A stretch of DNA of 62,168 nt from Candidatus Fermentibacterota bacterium (GCA_029571005.1 JAKPTG010000018.1:1-62168); one strand, 5' to 3'. Positions 35,563 to 44,176 are shown, numbered from the stretch's first letter. The notes: a model not told the origin generated them from the sequence alone. Numbers and translations: made by a program.

Positions 35563-36314
35563 GGGGTGATTCTCCTTTTCTTCCTGAGAAGGTAGTGCGC
35601 CATCTCCCACAGAATGTTCAGAACCACCGAAAGTTTGTCCAGGGAGGAGGTTCCGTGGAGGCGGGGCTTGTATTCGAAGCCGATCTCGGTTACAGGGGTG
35701 CCCGCCCGCTTCAGCTCCGCCAGGAGTTCGGCGTCGTAGAAACAGCCGTTGGCCCGGAGGTCGAGGCTTCGCAGCCTTGCCCGGGGAATGAGCTTCATGG
35801 AGAAGTTCACGTCCCTCACCCCGAGCCTGAACACCAGTTCCACCAAGGCGTTGTACACCCGGCTGAACAGCTTCCGCTTGAAGTTCTCCCGCTCTCCGAT
35901 CCTGTACCCGATCACCGCCCTGTCGGGGTCCAGCAGGGGGATCACCCGGGCTATCTCGGTCACGTCGAAGGGTTCGTCGCCGTCAATGTACAGGATGTAG
36001 TCTTTTCCGGCGTTGGCGAAACCAAGGCGGATGGCGCTGCCCAGCCCTTCCTTGTTTATCTGGTGGATCACCCTGACCCTGGGGTTGGATTCCGCCAGGC
36101 GGTCGGCGATTTCCCGGGTGAGATCGGTGCTGCCGCTTTCCACCACCAGTATCTCGTAGTCGTCGAAAGAAGCGGACAATACCCGGTCCAGACTGCCGAC
36201 GGCCTTCTCGGCGTTCTCTTCCTCGTTGTACATTGGAAGGACGACGGATATGGATCCGGCTTCCCGGGGAATGGATGACAAAAGGCGTCCTCCAAGGTTC
36301 GAGTCGGCTGTCAT
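35559..36314 (-). CDS. GT2 glycosyltransferase, polyprenyl-phosphate sugar synthase type (DPM1/ArnC-like)
   Basis: Motifs: ISVVLPMYNEEENA, YEILVVESGSTD, YIDGDEPFD. About 250 aa with no TM tail visible. Confidence 0.75.
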   Translation of the reverse strand: MTADSNLGGRLLSSIPREAGSISVVLPMYNEEENAEKAVGSLDRVLSASFDDYEILVVESGSTDLTREIADRLAESNPRVRVIHQINKEGLGSAIRLGFANAGKDYILYIDGDEPFDVTEIARVIPLLDPDRAVIGYRIGERENFKRKLFSRVYNALVELVFRLGVRDVNFSMKLIPRARLRSLDLRANGCFYDAELLAELKRAGTPVTEIGFEYKPRLHGTSSLDKLSVVLNILWEMAHYLLRKKRRITP

Positions 36315-36326
36315 GCTAATCCGAGC

Positions 36327-36337
36327 CTATTATATAT
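36327..36337. promoter_or_regulatory. CTATTATATAT box (copy 2 of 2) in the GT2/GT-C divergent spacer
   Basis: Identical 11-mer to 7951..7961. Lies 46 nt upstream of ATG 36383 and 13 nt from the GT2 start. Confidence 0.3.
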
Positions 36338-36382
36338 CGTGTTGCATCCTCAACGCCCACCGAAACACCGACGGGAAGGCCG

Positions 36383-37798
36383 ATGAAACCGGGAAACACT
36401 CTGCCCCTGCTGTTGTTCGCCTCTTTATCCGCACTCTCCCTGCTGCCCGGGCTGTTCTCCTTCTTCAGCCCGCAGGACTACATCACCTTCCTGAATCCCC
36501 TGGCCCGGGGCGACGGTCTGGGCGAGTACCTTCTGGAGGGGTGGAGCTGGTGGGAAGGCGGTGCCAGGGTCGGCTTCGTACGGCCCCTGACCAGCCTGAG
36601 CTACATACCCGAACATCTGCTGTGGGGGGCCGTTCCGTGGCCCTACCGCATCACCTCGTTGCTGATCTACGCCGCGGGATGCCTGGCGGTGATGAGGCTC
36701 GGCAGCCGTTTCGGTGCAGGGTTTCCGGCGGGGCTTCTGGCGGCCGCCGCCCCCGGGGCGGTGTACGCCCTCTGGCTCATCAACGGCCGGGGCGATCTTC
36801 TCGCCCCGCTCTTCGGGGTCCTTGCGGTGGCGGCGACGATCCGGCTGTTCGAGGAAGAAAACCCCGGAACCCTGAAAAGCCTTCTTCCGGGAATCCTTTG
36901 CCTTCTGGCCATGGCGTCCAAGGAGCAGGGAATGGCATCCGTTCCGGCATGCGTTCTGGCGTTCTTCCTGTACCCCGCCGCAGGACGCGGGCGGCGGGCG
37001 CCGTTGTTCCTGACCGGGCTTGCCGGAGCCGCGGCGGCTTATCTGGCCGCAAGGTTTTTTCTCTTCGGAGGCATAGGCGGATACGGCGGGTACACTCCTT
37101 TTGAACTCATGCCCAGGCATTTTGCGGTACTGGTCTTTCAGATCACCGGAGCCGGCAACATTTCCTGTAAACCCGTCCGCTGGCTTTTCCTTGGAGCTCT
37201 GGCCGTCCCGCCGGTGCTTTACGGCCTGTCCCGGGGCAACTTCAGGAAAGCCCTTCTCATGATGCTCCTGATTCCCCTGTTCGGTTTTCAGAGCATTTTG
37301 GGGGAGACCTGCGAACACTATCTCGCCGGCCCTTCCCTCTGTCTGGGCCTTCTGCTGGGGGTGTCCCTGGGCAAGGTTCTGAAACGGCACGCATACGCCG
37401 CCGTCGCGGTACTGGCCGGGGTGTGGGTTCTGACAGCCTTTCGGGAAGCGGGGAGGCTTTACCGCGCCGCCGAGCCCATGCGGGCGCTCTACAGCGAGCT
37501 GGCCGCCGTAATGCCGGAACTCACCCCGGGGGAGGGTGCCCCGGTGCTGGGGGTGCTGAAGGGCGGAGACCCGGCGGACGTATTCTTTATAGAAGGTAAG
37601 AACATGCCGATATACCTGGACCATCTTAACCGCGGGAGGGCCCCGTTTCCCACGGGGGTATGGACTCCCGACTCCATGGGTGCCGGCGGTGTTCTGTTCC
37701 CATGGAACGTCAGAGACCGGGAACCGGTCCGGTTGGACTCCCTTCCCGGAGGAACCGTTCTGCTCGTGTGGAACGGCGAGTCTCTGACCATTGAGTGA
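36383..37798 (+). CDS. Polytopic membrane protein, candidate GT-C fold (ArnT/PMT-like) glycosyltransferase
   Basis: At least 10 predicted TM helices. Acidic first loop (SPQDYITFLNPLARGDGLGEY). Divergent from the polyprenyl-P sugar synthase. Family assignment is by architecture and context only. Confidence 0.5.
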   Translation: MKPGNTLPLLLFASLSALSLLPGLFSFFSPQDYITFLNPLARGDGLGEYLLEGWSWWEGGARVGFVRPLTSLSYIPEHLLWGAVPWPYRITSLLIYAAGCLAVMRLGSRFGAGFPAGLLAAAAPGAVYALWLINGRGDLLAPLFGVLAVAATIRLFEEENPGTLKSLLPGILCLLAMASKEQGMASVPACVLAFFLYPAAGRGRRAPLFLTGLAGAAAAYLAARFFLFGGIGGYGGYTPFELMPRHFAVLVFQITGAGNISCKPVRWLFLGALAVPPVLYGLSRGNFRKALLMMLLIPLFGFQSILGETCEHYLAGPSLCLGLLLGVSLGKVLKRHAYAAVAVLAGVWVLTAFREAGRLYRAAEPMRALYSELAAVMPELTPGEGAPVLGVLKGGDPADVFFIEGKNMPIYLDHLNRGRAPFPTGVWTPDSMGAGGVLFPWNVRDREPVRLDSLPGGTVLLVWNGESLTIE

Positions 37799-39341
37799 GG
37801 GGGGGCCGGTGAACCCTGAAACCGGAAAAGGGCTGGTCAACCGAATCTCAACGACACTGCTACTGGCCGCCCTTATCTTCGTCTGGCTGGTGCTGGCGGA
37901 CTCCCGAAGCCTCTCCCCGGATGTCATGGGAAGGTACTCGGTCAGACTGTTCGCCTTTCTGGTCGCCTTTGGCGTTTTTCTGGCCGTGTCCGCCGCAGCC
38001 CTGGTCTTCCGGCGCCGGGAGCTCGGGAACAGGCTGGGATCCTTCTTTTCGGGGGTGTCCCGCAGGGGTTTTCTGCCGGAAATCTGGGCTTACGGCTTTC
38101 CCGTCGCGGCGGGGCTTTTCCTGTGGCTGGGGGGCAGAGTCACTCCCCTGGCTCGGGAGCGGGGCCTTGCTCTGGCCCTGGCCCTGGGGTACGTCGGGAT
38201 ACTCCTTGGAATCATGAGCGCCGCGGATGGAGCGCGGAGAAAAAAAGCCCTTCTCAGGGGGTGGAACCTGCTCTTTTCCACACTTCTCACCCTGGTGCTC
38301 CTGGAGATCGGGCTCAGGCTCGTTATGCCCGGCAGCATCTTCCACCCGGCGCTGGACCTCAGGCCTCACGTCAGGGTCAGGCTAAGAAACACCGACCCGT
38401 CGGGCACGCCCATAGACGGCTGGTTCACCACCAACAAGTGGGGGATGAGGGGTGAGGAGCCCCCCAGGGATTGGGACGACTGGTTCACCATAGTCTGCAT
38501 CGGCGGAAGCACCACCCAGTGCTTCGAGCTTGACGACAGCCAGGCCTGGCCGCAGCTCCTTCAGGATCACCTCAGAACGGTGAATCCCGAGACCTGGGTG
38601 GGCAACGGGGGGCTGGCCGGGCACAGCAGCCGGGCGCACCTTGTCTTCATGCGTTCGGTCATCGATCGGGTAAGGCCAGACATGGTGATCATTCTCATGG
38701 GCGTCAACGAGAAGGTGAACTACGACCTGGGAAGCCTGGAGGACATCGAAGCCATCGGCGTCACGGAGACCTCCCTGAGCTACCGGATATTCTGCCGGAG
38801 CCGACTGGCGCAGATTCTTTACTACTTCAAGAAGGCATGGGTGGATGACGTACCCGTCCAGAACACGGCCGGCTCCTCCAGACTTACCCTGGTGCCCATG
38901 ACCGGGCCGGAGATGGACATTCCGGAGGATCTCCACGATCTTCTGAGGGACCCCGAATTCACCAGGAACAACGTGAGACAGATCATCGCCCTGGCCCGGG
39001 AGTACGGGGTGACCCCGGTATTCATGACCCAGCCGACGCTTTTCCAGGACACCCCCTACTGGCGGGGCATACTGGGCAAAGAGGGCACGTCGCCAGCCCA
39101 TCCCGGGCCCATCTCCGCGGCATCCTGGTCCCGGCTTCAGGACACCAGCAGAAGCGACATCATGCAGATCTGCCGGGAGGAAGGCGTGGCCTGCTACGAC
39201 TTGGCCGCCGCCGTACCCCACGAACCGGAATACTTCTTCGACGAAATGCACTTCTCCATCCTGGGCTCCGCCACGGTCGCGGACAGCCTGGCGAAGTTCC
39301 TGATGGAAAGCGGCCTGGTGCCTGCCCTTGGAGCGGACTGA
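37791..39341 (+). CDS. Membrane-anchored SGNH/GDSL-type hydrolase or acyl-esterase
   Basis: About 5 N-terminal TM helices. SGNH blocks follow: CIGGSTTQ (block I Ser), GNGGLAGH (II), LMGVNE (III), FDEMHFS (V, DxxH). Start is TTG 37791 or GTG 37809. Confidence 0.55.
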   Translation: MSEGGPVNPETGKGLVNRISTTLLLAALIFVWLVLADSRSLSPDVMGRYSVRLFAFLVAFGVFLAVSAAALVFRRRELGNRLGSFFSGVSRRGFLPEIWAYGFPVAAGLFLWLGGRVTPLARERGLALALALGYVGILLGIMSAADGARRKKALLRGWNLLFSTLLTLVLLEIGLRLVMPGSIFHPALDLRPHVRVRLRNTDPSGTPIDGWFTTNKWGMRGEEPPRDWDDWFTIVCIGGSTTQCFELDDSQAWPQLLQDHLRTVNPETWVGNGGLAGHSSRAHLVFMRSVIDRVRPDMVIILMGVNEKVNYDLGSLEDIEAIGVTETSLSYRIFCRSRLAQILYYFKKAWVDDVPVQNTAGSSRLTLVPMTGPEMDIPEDLHDLLRDPEFTRNNVRQIIALAREYGVTPVFMTQPTLFQDTPYWRGILGKEGTSPAHPGPISAASWSRLQDTSRSDIMQICREEGVACYDLAAAVPHEPEYFFDEMHFSILGSATVADSLAKFLMESGLVPALGAD

Positions 39342-39433
39342 GGGCGGCAGCAGCCCCGTCGTTCAGGTTGCTCGGTTCCGGACCTTGTACGGCTTCCGGC
39401 GCCCGGGTGGTGGTCAGGCGGCTTTCCGGGCCA

Positions 39434-39462
39434 TTGACATGTGAACATCAGTTCACCATTCT
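39434..39462 (+). promoter_or_regulatory. Candidate SOS promoter: TTGACA (-35) followed by the LexA-type palindrome GTGAACATCAGTTCAC and a weak -10 CATTCT
   Basis: TTGACA at 39434..39439. Perfect inverted repeat at 39441..39456 with core GAAC-N4-GTTC (Cheo-box type) filling the spacer. Lies 19 nt upstream of the small ORF that precedes dinB. Confidence 0.6.
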
Positions 39463-39474
39463 TCCAGTGTAAGG

Positions 39475-39738
39475 ATGGTGAAGGCGATGCTGGAACTCGG
39501 TGAGCCCATAGAGATGATAGGCCACTTCTCCGGGGGCGCGGTCACCCCGTGCAGGTTCCGCTGGAAGGGCAGGGTTTACAGGATAGCCCGGGTGTCCTCC
39601 TCCTGGGAGAGTCGCAGGGGCGGAATCATGAACTACCATTTCGTAGTGCGCACCTCCGCCGGCGACGTGTACGAGGTCTCCTTCAACACCCACACCCTTG
39701 GCTGGACGGTGGACTGTGTCTACTCCCCCGGGGCCTGA
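39475..39738 (+). CDS. Small conserved-looking protein (87 aa) co-transcribed with and overlapping dinB
   Basis: GC3-rich codon usage like neighbouring genes. MVKAMLELGEPIEMIGHFSGGAVTPCRFRWKGRVYRIARVSSSWE...YHFVVRTSAGDVYEVSFNTHTLGWTVDCVY (beta-rich, conserved-Trp pattern). An alternative ATG is at 39487. Confidence 0.55.
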   Translation: MVKAMLELGEPIEMIGHFSGGAVTPCRFRWKGRVYRIARVSSSWESRRGGIMNYHFVVRTSAGDVYEVSFNTHTLGWTVDCVYSPGA

Positions 39739-40873
39739 CCGGCATATCCTCCACGTGGATATGGACGCCTACTTTGCGTCCGTTGAACTCTTAGGGCGGG
39801 AAGAACTTATAGGGCGCCCTGTGATAGTGGGAGGCGCCCCCGGCTTCCGTTCGGTGGTCACATCTTGCACCTACGAGGCCAGGGCCCTGGGGGTTCGCTC
39901 CGGAATGCCCATGGCCAGGGCCATGCGCCTGGCCCCCGGGGCGGTGGTGCTGCAGGGCAGCGTAAGCCGCTACCGGGCCTACACCCGTAGGATCCTCGAG
40001 GTGCTCCTGGGCTTCACCCCCCTGGTGCACGCCGTCAGCATAGACGAGGCCTTCATGGACGTAACCGGGCTTCCCGGGGGTATTCTCGAGAAGGGCCGGA
40101 CGGTGCGGGATGCGGTTTACCGGGCCGTAGGGCTCTGGGCTGGCGTTGGGTGCGGCCCCAACAGGCTCCTGGCGAAGATGGCCTCGAAGAAGGCCAAGCC
40201 CCGTGGGGTTCTCCTGCTCACCCCCGACGACATGGAGCCCATGCACGTGTCCGCGATATGGGGGGTGGGTCCGGAGACATCCGCCAAACTGTGCGCCTTG
40301 GGAGTTGACACCATCGGGAAGCTCCGGGGGCTTTCCCGGGGCCGGCTCCGGGCGCTGCTGGGAATCTGCGGAGAGGAACTGTACATGCGGGCCCGGGGCG
40401 TGGACGACAGGCCGGTCCATCCCTTCGGCTGGTCCGAGGAGCCCAGGTCCATCGGTCATGAGTACACCTTCCCCCGGGATGTGCAGCACCCCCGGGAGTA
40501 CCTGCCGGTCCTGTCCGGGCTGTGTCAGAAGACCGCCAGGCGCGCCCGGGACGGGGGGTACCGGGTGCGCACCCTCACCCTGAAGTACCGGCTGTCGAAC
40601 CTTGAGCGCCTGTCGGTGCGGAGGCGCCTTTCATTTCCCAGCGACCAGGACCAGACCTTTTTCCGGCTGGCCCGGGAGATGGCCCTTGAGGCGGTGTCCT
40701 CCCCGATACGGCTCATAGGGGTTTCCGTATCCGACCTGGAACCCTCCGAAGGGGCCCGGTTGAGTTTCTTCCCCGAGGGAACCGAGGCCTTGAACCTGGC
40801 GGCGGACCGGGTCCGGGCCCGCTGGGGCGAAAAGGCCGTTTCCAGTGCCAGAGCCCTATATTCCCCTCCGTAG
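39698..40873 (+). CDS. dinB: DNA polymerase IV (Y-family, catalytically competent)
   Basis: Motifs: ILHVDMDAYFASVE, SIDEAFMDVTG, GVGCGPNRLLAKMAS, IWGVGPET. Start is TTG 39698 or GTG 39716; both overlap the small ORF. Confidence 0.88.
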   Translation: MAGRWTVSTPPGPDRHILHVDMDAYFASVELLGREELIGRPVIVGGAPGFRSVVTSCTYEARALGVRSGMPMARAMRLAPGAVVLQGSVSRYRAYTRRILEVLLGFTPLVHAVSIDEAFMDVTGLPGGILEKGRTVRDAVYRAVGLWAGVGCGPNRLLAKMASKKAKPRGVLLLTPDDMEPMHVSAIWGVGPETSAKLCALGVDTIGKLRGLSRGRLRALLGICGEELYMRARGVDDRPVHPFGWSEEPRSIGHEYTFPRDVQHPREYLPVLSGLCQKTARRARDGGYRVRTLTLKYRLSNLERLSVRRRLSFPSDQDQTFFRLAREMALEAVSSPIRLIGVSVSDLEPSEGARLSFFPEGTEALNLAADRVRARWGEKAVSSARALYSPP

Positions 40874-41018
40874 GGGAGTTCCACATGGCTTTTTCACCGT
40901 GGCCGCAGGCAGGGTTGCCGGAATCAGGCCCGGAAGCCCCGGGAGGTTTACGTTTTCTTCGACAACCGCTCCATGGGACGGGCCGCCCCGGACGTCCGCA
41001 CAATGGGAGAACCACTGT

Positions 41019-41056
41019 GAGGAAGATTCATGGGGAGAGTCGTTCCTCGCGGTTGA
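41019..41056 (+). other. Upstream duplicate of the lipoprotein translation-initiation region, creating an 8-codon uORF (MGRVVPRG-stop)
   Basis: GAGGAAGATTCATG at 41019..41032 is identical to 41084..41097. The following 14 nt match 11/14. uORF ATG 41030 to TGA 41054..41056. Confidence 0.45.
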
Positions 41057-41094
41057 CCTCGAACTCGCGACGCACTCTGGGAGGAGGAAGATTC

Positions 41095-42036
41095 ATGAGG
41101 AGGATCGTTCCGGCGGCGGCGCTGGCCGCCCTGGCGGGGTGCGGCGCCACATCGCCCGCCATATACGCCGATTTCCCCCTGCTCTACCTTATGGATGTGG
41201 AAACCGCCGGAACCCCGGCGCACTGCTGCTTCCTTGAGGGCCAGGGGGATGCCCTGGCCTCCGCCGGGGGATGCCTGTTCTTCCTGGACCTGGATGCGGG
41301 GTTCGTGAAGGGCGTGGTGGAATTGCCGTCGGCCGTAGTCCATGCCGCCGCAAGCCCCGACGGGGGCTACGGCCTGGCGATAACCGGCGACACTCTGCGG
41401 GTGGTGAGCAATCAGACCTACGTCCAGCGGGCTCCGGTGGCCCTTCCCGCACCGGGGGCCTTCATACTTCCCAAGCCCCAGTCAACCGTAATAGCCGTGC
41501 TCTGCCTGGACGGCACCGTGGTGAAGATCAGCACCGTGGACTGGGCCGTGACCACCTCGGGCCTGTCCGGGGTCTCCAACCCCGCCGCCGCCGCCGTGAG
41601 CCCGGACGGCCGTTACATCTTCGCGGGCGACTCCCTGGGCCGGGTGTACAGGATATCCATGGTTGACCTTTCCGGGGAGCTGATGTTCCAGGCGCCGGGG
41701 GCCGTCACGGACATCACCCCCGGGCCGGGGCGGAACCTCTGCATGACCGCGGAGGGGATATCCCAGGTGTGGGTGGTGGACGTGAACTCCGGCCTCCATT
41801 CCGGGGGATACGACATTCCCGGCTCCGGGGCGGCGGTCTGCGTCACCGGCGACGACGGGTATGTCTATGCGGCGGTCCCGGGGTACGGGATCGTGGTGGT
41901 GGATGTACTGGACAACACCATGGCCGCCCGGACCGAAGTCTTCGGAACCCCGGCGGACATGGCGGTGAACCGGGCTTCCAACCGGGCGGTGGTCGCCAGC
42001 CCCGGGGCCGGACGGGTGTTCATGCTTCAGCGTTAG
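41095..42036 (+). CDS. Lipoprotein with YVTN/YncE-like beta-propeller repeats
   Basis: Track ORF 40885.. trimmed to ATG 41095 (GGAGGAGGAAG upstream). MRRIVPAAALAALAGC lipobox. Repeats include AAASPDGGYGLAITGD, AVSPDGRYIFAGDSLGRVYRI, AVNRASNRAVVASPGAGRVFML. Confidence 0.6.
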   Translation: MRRIVPAAALAALAGCGATSPAIYADFPLLYLMDVETAGTPAHCCFLEGQGDALASAGGCLFFLDLDAGFVKGVVELPSAVVHAAASPDGGYGLAITGDTLRVVSNQTYVQRAPVALPAPGAFILPKPQSTVIAVLCLDGTVVKISTVDWAVTTSGLSGVSNPAAAAVSPDGRYIFAGDSLGRVYRISMVDLSGELMFQAPGAVTDITPGPGRNLCMTAEGISQVWVVDVNSGLHSGGYDIPGSGAAVCVTGDDGYVYAAVPGYGIVVVDVLDNTMAARTEVFGTPADMAVNRASNRAVVASPGAGRVFMLQR

Positions 42037-42875
42037 AAGCCGATGCTTCTGTAGGCCTCCCAGATTCCCCGGCCGAAGAACAGGGCGATGCTTCCCCCCA
42101 GGGCCATGAATGGGCCGAAGGGAATGGGCCTGGTTCTCTTGCCCCCCCGGGCCAGCACACCGACGCCGTAGAGCGCCCCGAGCAGGAACGACAGGAACAG
42201 CCCCACCACCCCCGGGCCCGGGCCAAGGAAGGCGCCCAGACACGCCGAAAGCTTCACGTCCCCCCAGCCCAGCCCCGACTGGAAGTCCTCCTCCTCCTCC
42301 TCAAACCCCTGGGGCGCCTCCACCCTGACCTGCCTGGACTTCAGGTAGGCCGCCGAAAACGCCCTGATAAGGAGGAAGAAGAGGAAAGCGCCGCCGGAGG
42401 CGGTCAGGGCGGGAACCAGCCCGGGGGCCCCGGGCAGCAGGGCGAGCCCCAGTCCGGCTGCGGCGCCGCCGATGGAGACCTGGTCCAGTATGATAAAATG
42501 CTCCATGTCGGTGCGCACCGAGAGAACCATCAGGGACAGGAACAGAGCATGGTGGATGAAGAGGGGGGACATTCCGGTCTTTACCGAGGCGGCGAGGAAC
42601 AGGAGCCCGGTGGCCAGTTCCACCGCAGGGTAGACCGGGGATATCCGGCACCGGCAGGAACGGCATCTGCCCCGGAGAAGAATCCAGCTCAGCACCGGGA
42701 TGTTGTCCCGGGGGGATATGGGGGTGCCGCAGCCGGGGCATGCGCTTCCCGGGCGGACGACGGATTTTCCCAGGGGAATCCGCCAGGCCGCCACATTGAG
42801 GAAACTGCCCACCGCCAGACCGAGCAGGGTTGCGAAAACGGAAAAGACCTCCGGGGGCATTGCTGACATTGACAT
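42033..42875 (-). CDS. pilD: Prepilin peptidase (A24 family)
   Basis: Motifs: CPGCGTPISPRDNIPVLSWILLRGRCRSC Zn-knuckle, catalytic Asp motifs TDMEHFIILD and GWGDVKL. Track ORF 42033..43430 trimmed; start is ATG 42875 or 42869. No pilin genes adjacent. Confidence 0.85.
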   Translation of the reverse strand: MSMSAMPPEVFSVFATLLGLAVGSFLNVAAWRIPLGKSVVRPGSACPGCGTPISPRDNIPVLSWILLRGRCRSCRCRISPVYPAVELATGLLFLAASVKTGMSPLFIHHALFLSLMVLSVRTDMEHFIILDQVSIGGAAAGLGLALLPGAPGLVPALTASGGAFLFFLLIRAFSAAYLKSRQVRVEAPQGFEEEEEDFQSGLGWGDVKLSACLGAFLGPGPGVVGLFLSFLLGALYGVGVLARGGKRTRPIPFGPFMALGGSIALFFGRGIWEAYRSIGF

Positions 42876-42903
42876 GTCTCCTATTGGGATGTAAGGATTT
42901 TCC

Positions 42904-42933
42904 TTGCAGACTGATCCCTTTGAAAAATATAAT
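42904..42933 (+). promoter_or_regulatory. Sigma-70-like promoter for the porin gene: TTGCAG-18 nt-TATAAT
   Basis: TTGCAG at 42904..42909 and TATAAT at 42928..42933. Lies 54 nt upstream of ATG 42987. Palindrome AAGGA-TTT-TCCTT (42893..42905) overlaps the -35. Confidence 0.5.
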
Positions 42934-42986
42934 CCTGCGGCGTCCGCTTCGGAAGACCGCGATTCGGCAGCAAAGGGGGATTCGGA

Positions 42987-44039
42987 ATGAGGGTACCGGC
43001 TGTGGTCCTGCTGGCCGCCTCCCTGGCGTCGGCGTCGGGCGGTTTCGCCGCCGGTGGGGCGGAACTGTTGAGAATCCGGGGTACGGCTTTCTTCCGGTGG
43101 GACTTCCACGGCGCCGATAACGCCGACCCCGGCGACAACATGGGTTTCGGCGCCGACATGGACTGGCTGCCCAGGCTCAACGGGAGCGTGGACGGGCAGT
43201 TCGGCCTGAAGTTCTGCAGCGTCGGCGGTGTCGAACTCGGCGACCTCTTCCTGAACCTGCACCTTGGCGATAACCTTACCCTCCGGGGCGGGCAGTTCGT
43301 GATGCCCTTCGGCTACGCCTACACCCTGAGCAGCGCCGCCATGCCCTTCGCCCGGCGGGCCGCGGTCACGGCCGCCCCCGAGTTCTCCGCGTACGGCGGA
43401 CGGGACGTAGGAGCCTGTGTTGCGGCGCACCTGGCCCCGGTCACCCTGGACCTGGTCTTATCCAACGGCACCGGCGGGAACGCCGTCGCCGACAACGGTA
43501 TAAACAAACGGTTCACCGCCAGACTCATCGGCAAACCGGCGGAGTGGCTCGACCTTGGCGCATCGGCGGCGGTGATAGGGCAGCCGGAGGCCGCCGGGGG
43601 GGAAGAACCGGTAGCGGGCTGGAACGGCTTGGGGCTGGACGTCTTCGCGGCGGCCGAGTATCCCCTGGACGGAAAGACCTCCCTGCTGTTTTCCGGTGAG
43701 TACATGTCGCTGGGTTACGCCGGTCCCCAGGTGGAGGGCATCCGGGGGAACAGCGCCGGAGCCCTGATCCTCACCGCCGCCGCGGCTTTCGAAACCGGTG
43801 CCGGGACGGTGCGGAGCGTAAGGCCCGCAGTCCGCTTCGAGACCTTCAGCCCCATGAGCTATACCATCGAGGGGGGCGAAGATCCGAAGGACGACGGGAC
43901 GACCGTGGATTTCTGCCTGAACCTCAATGTTTTCAGCCCGGACAATACCCTGCAACTGGGAGGGCGCAACCGCTGCTTCGAGAACGAAAACGAGGACGGT
44001 TACACCGACTTCTACGTCGGTTGGCGGATGAACTTCTGA
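42987..44039 (+). CDS. Outer-membrane porin-like beta-barrel (phosphate-selective porin O/P-like)
   Basis: Signal peptide MRVPAVVLLAASLASASG. Long run of alternating beta-strands. C-terminal ...YVGWRMNF. Confidence 0.55.
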   Translation: MRVPAVVLLAASLASASGGFAAGGAELLRIRGTAFFRWDFHGADNADPGDNMGFGADMDWLPRLNGSVDGQFGLKFCSVGGVELGDLFLNLHLGDNLTLRGGQFVMPFGYAYTLSSAAMPFARRAAVTAAPEFSAYGGRDVGACVAAHLAPVTLDLVLSNGTGGNAVADNGINKRFTARLIGKPAEWLDLGASAAVIGQPEAAGGEEPVAGWNGLGLDVFAAAEYPLDGKTSLLFSGEYMSLGYAGPQVEGIRGNSAGALILTAAAAFETGAGTVRSVRPAVRFETFSPMSYTIEGGEDPKDDGTTVDFCLNLNVFSPDNTLQLGGRNRCFENENEDGYTDFYVGWRMNF

Positions 44040-44091
44040 TCGGGGTGCGTCCCGTGCGCCCGTCGGAAGAGAACCGGGCATTGGTTTTTCC

Positions 44092-44123
44092 CGCCTTGCC
44101 GCCCGTTGCGGCGGGGCGCTTTT
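44092..44123 (+). terminator. GC-rich bulged hairpin followed by CTTTT after the porin gene
   Basis: CGCC(ttg)CCGCC-cgttgc-GGCGG-GGCG, then CTTTTA. Total 9 bp with a 3-nt bulge. Confidence 0.45.
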
Positions 44124-44176
44124 ACGGCTCATAGTAAACGGATCACCATGGAGGCGTTCACAGGAGAGGGGCGGCT

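Noticed and set aside
42033-42036. Overlapping convergent stop codons TTAG (lipoprotein TAG / pilD TAA)
   Set aside because: Real, but a trivial consequence of tight packing. No regulatory implication can be supported.
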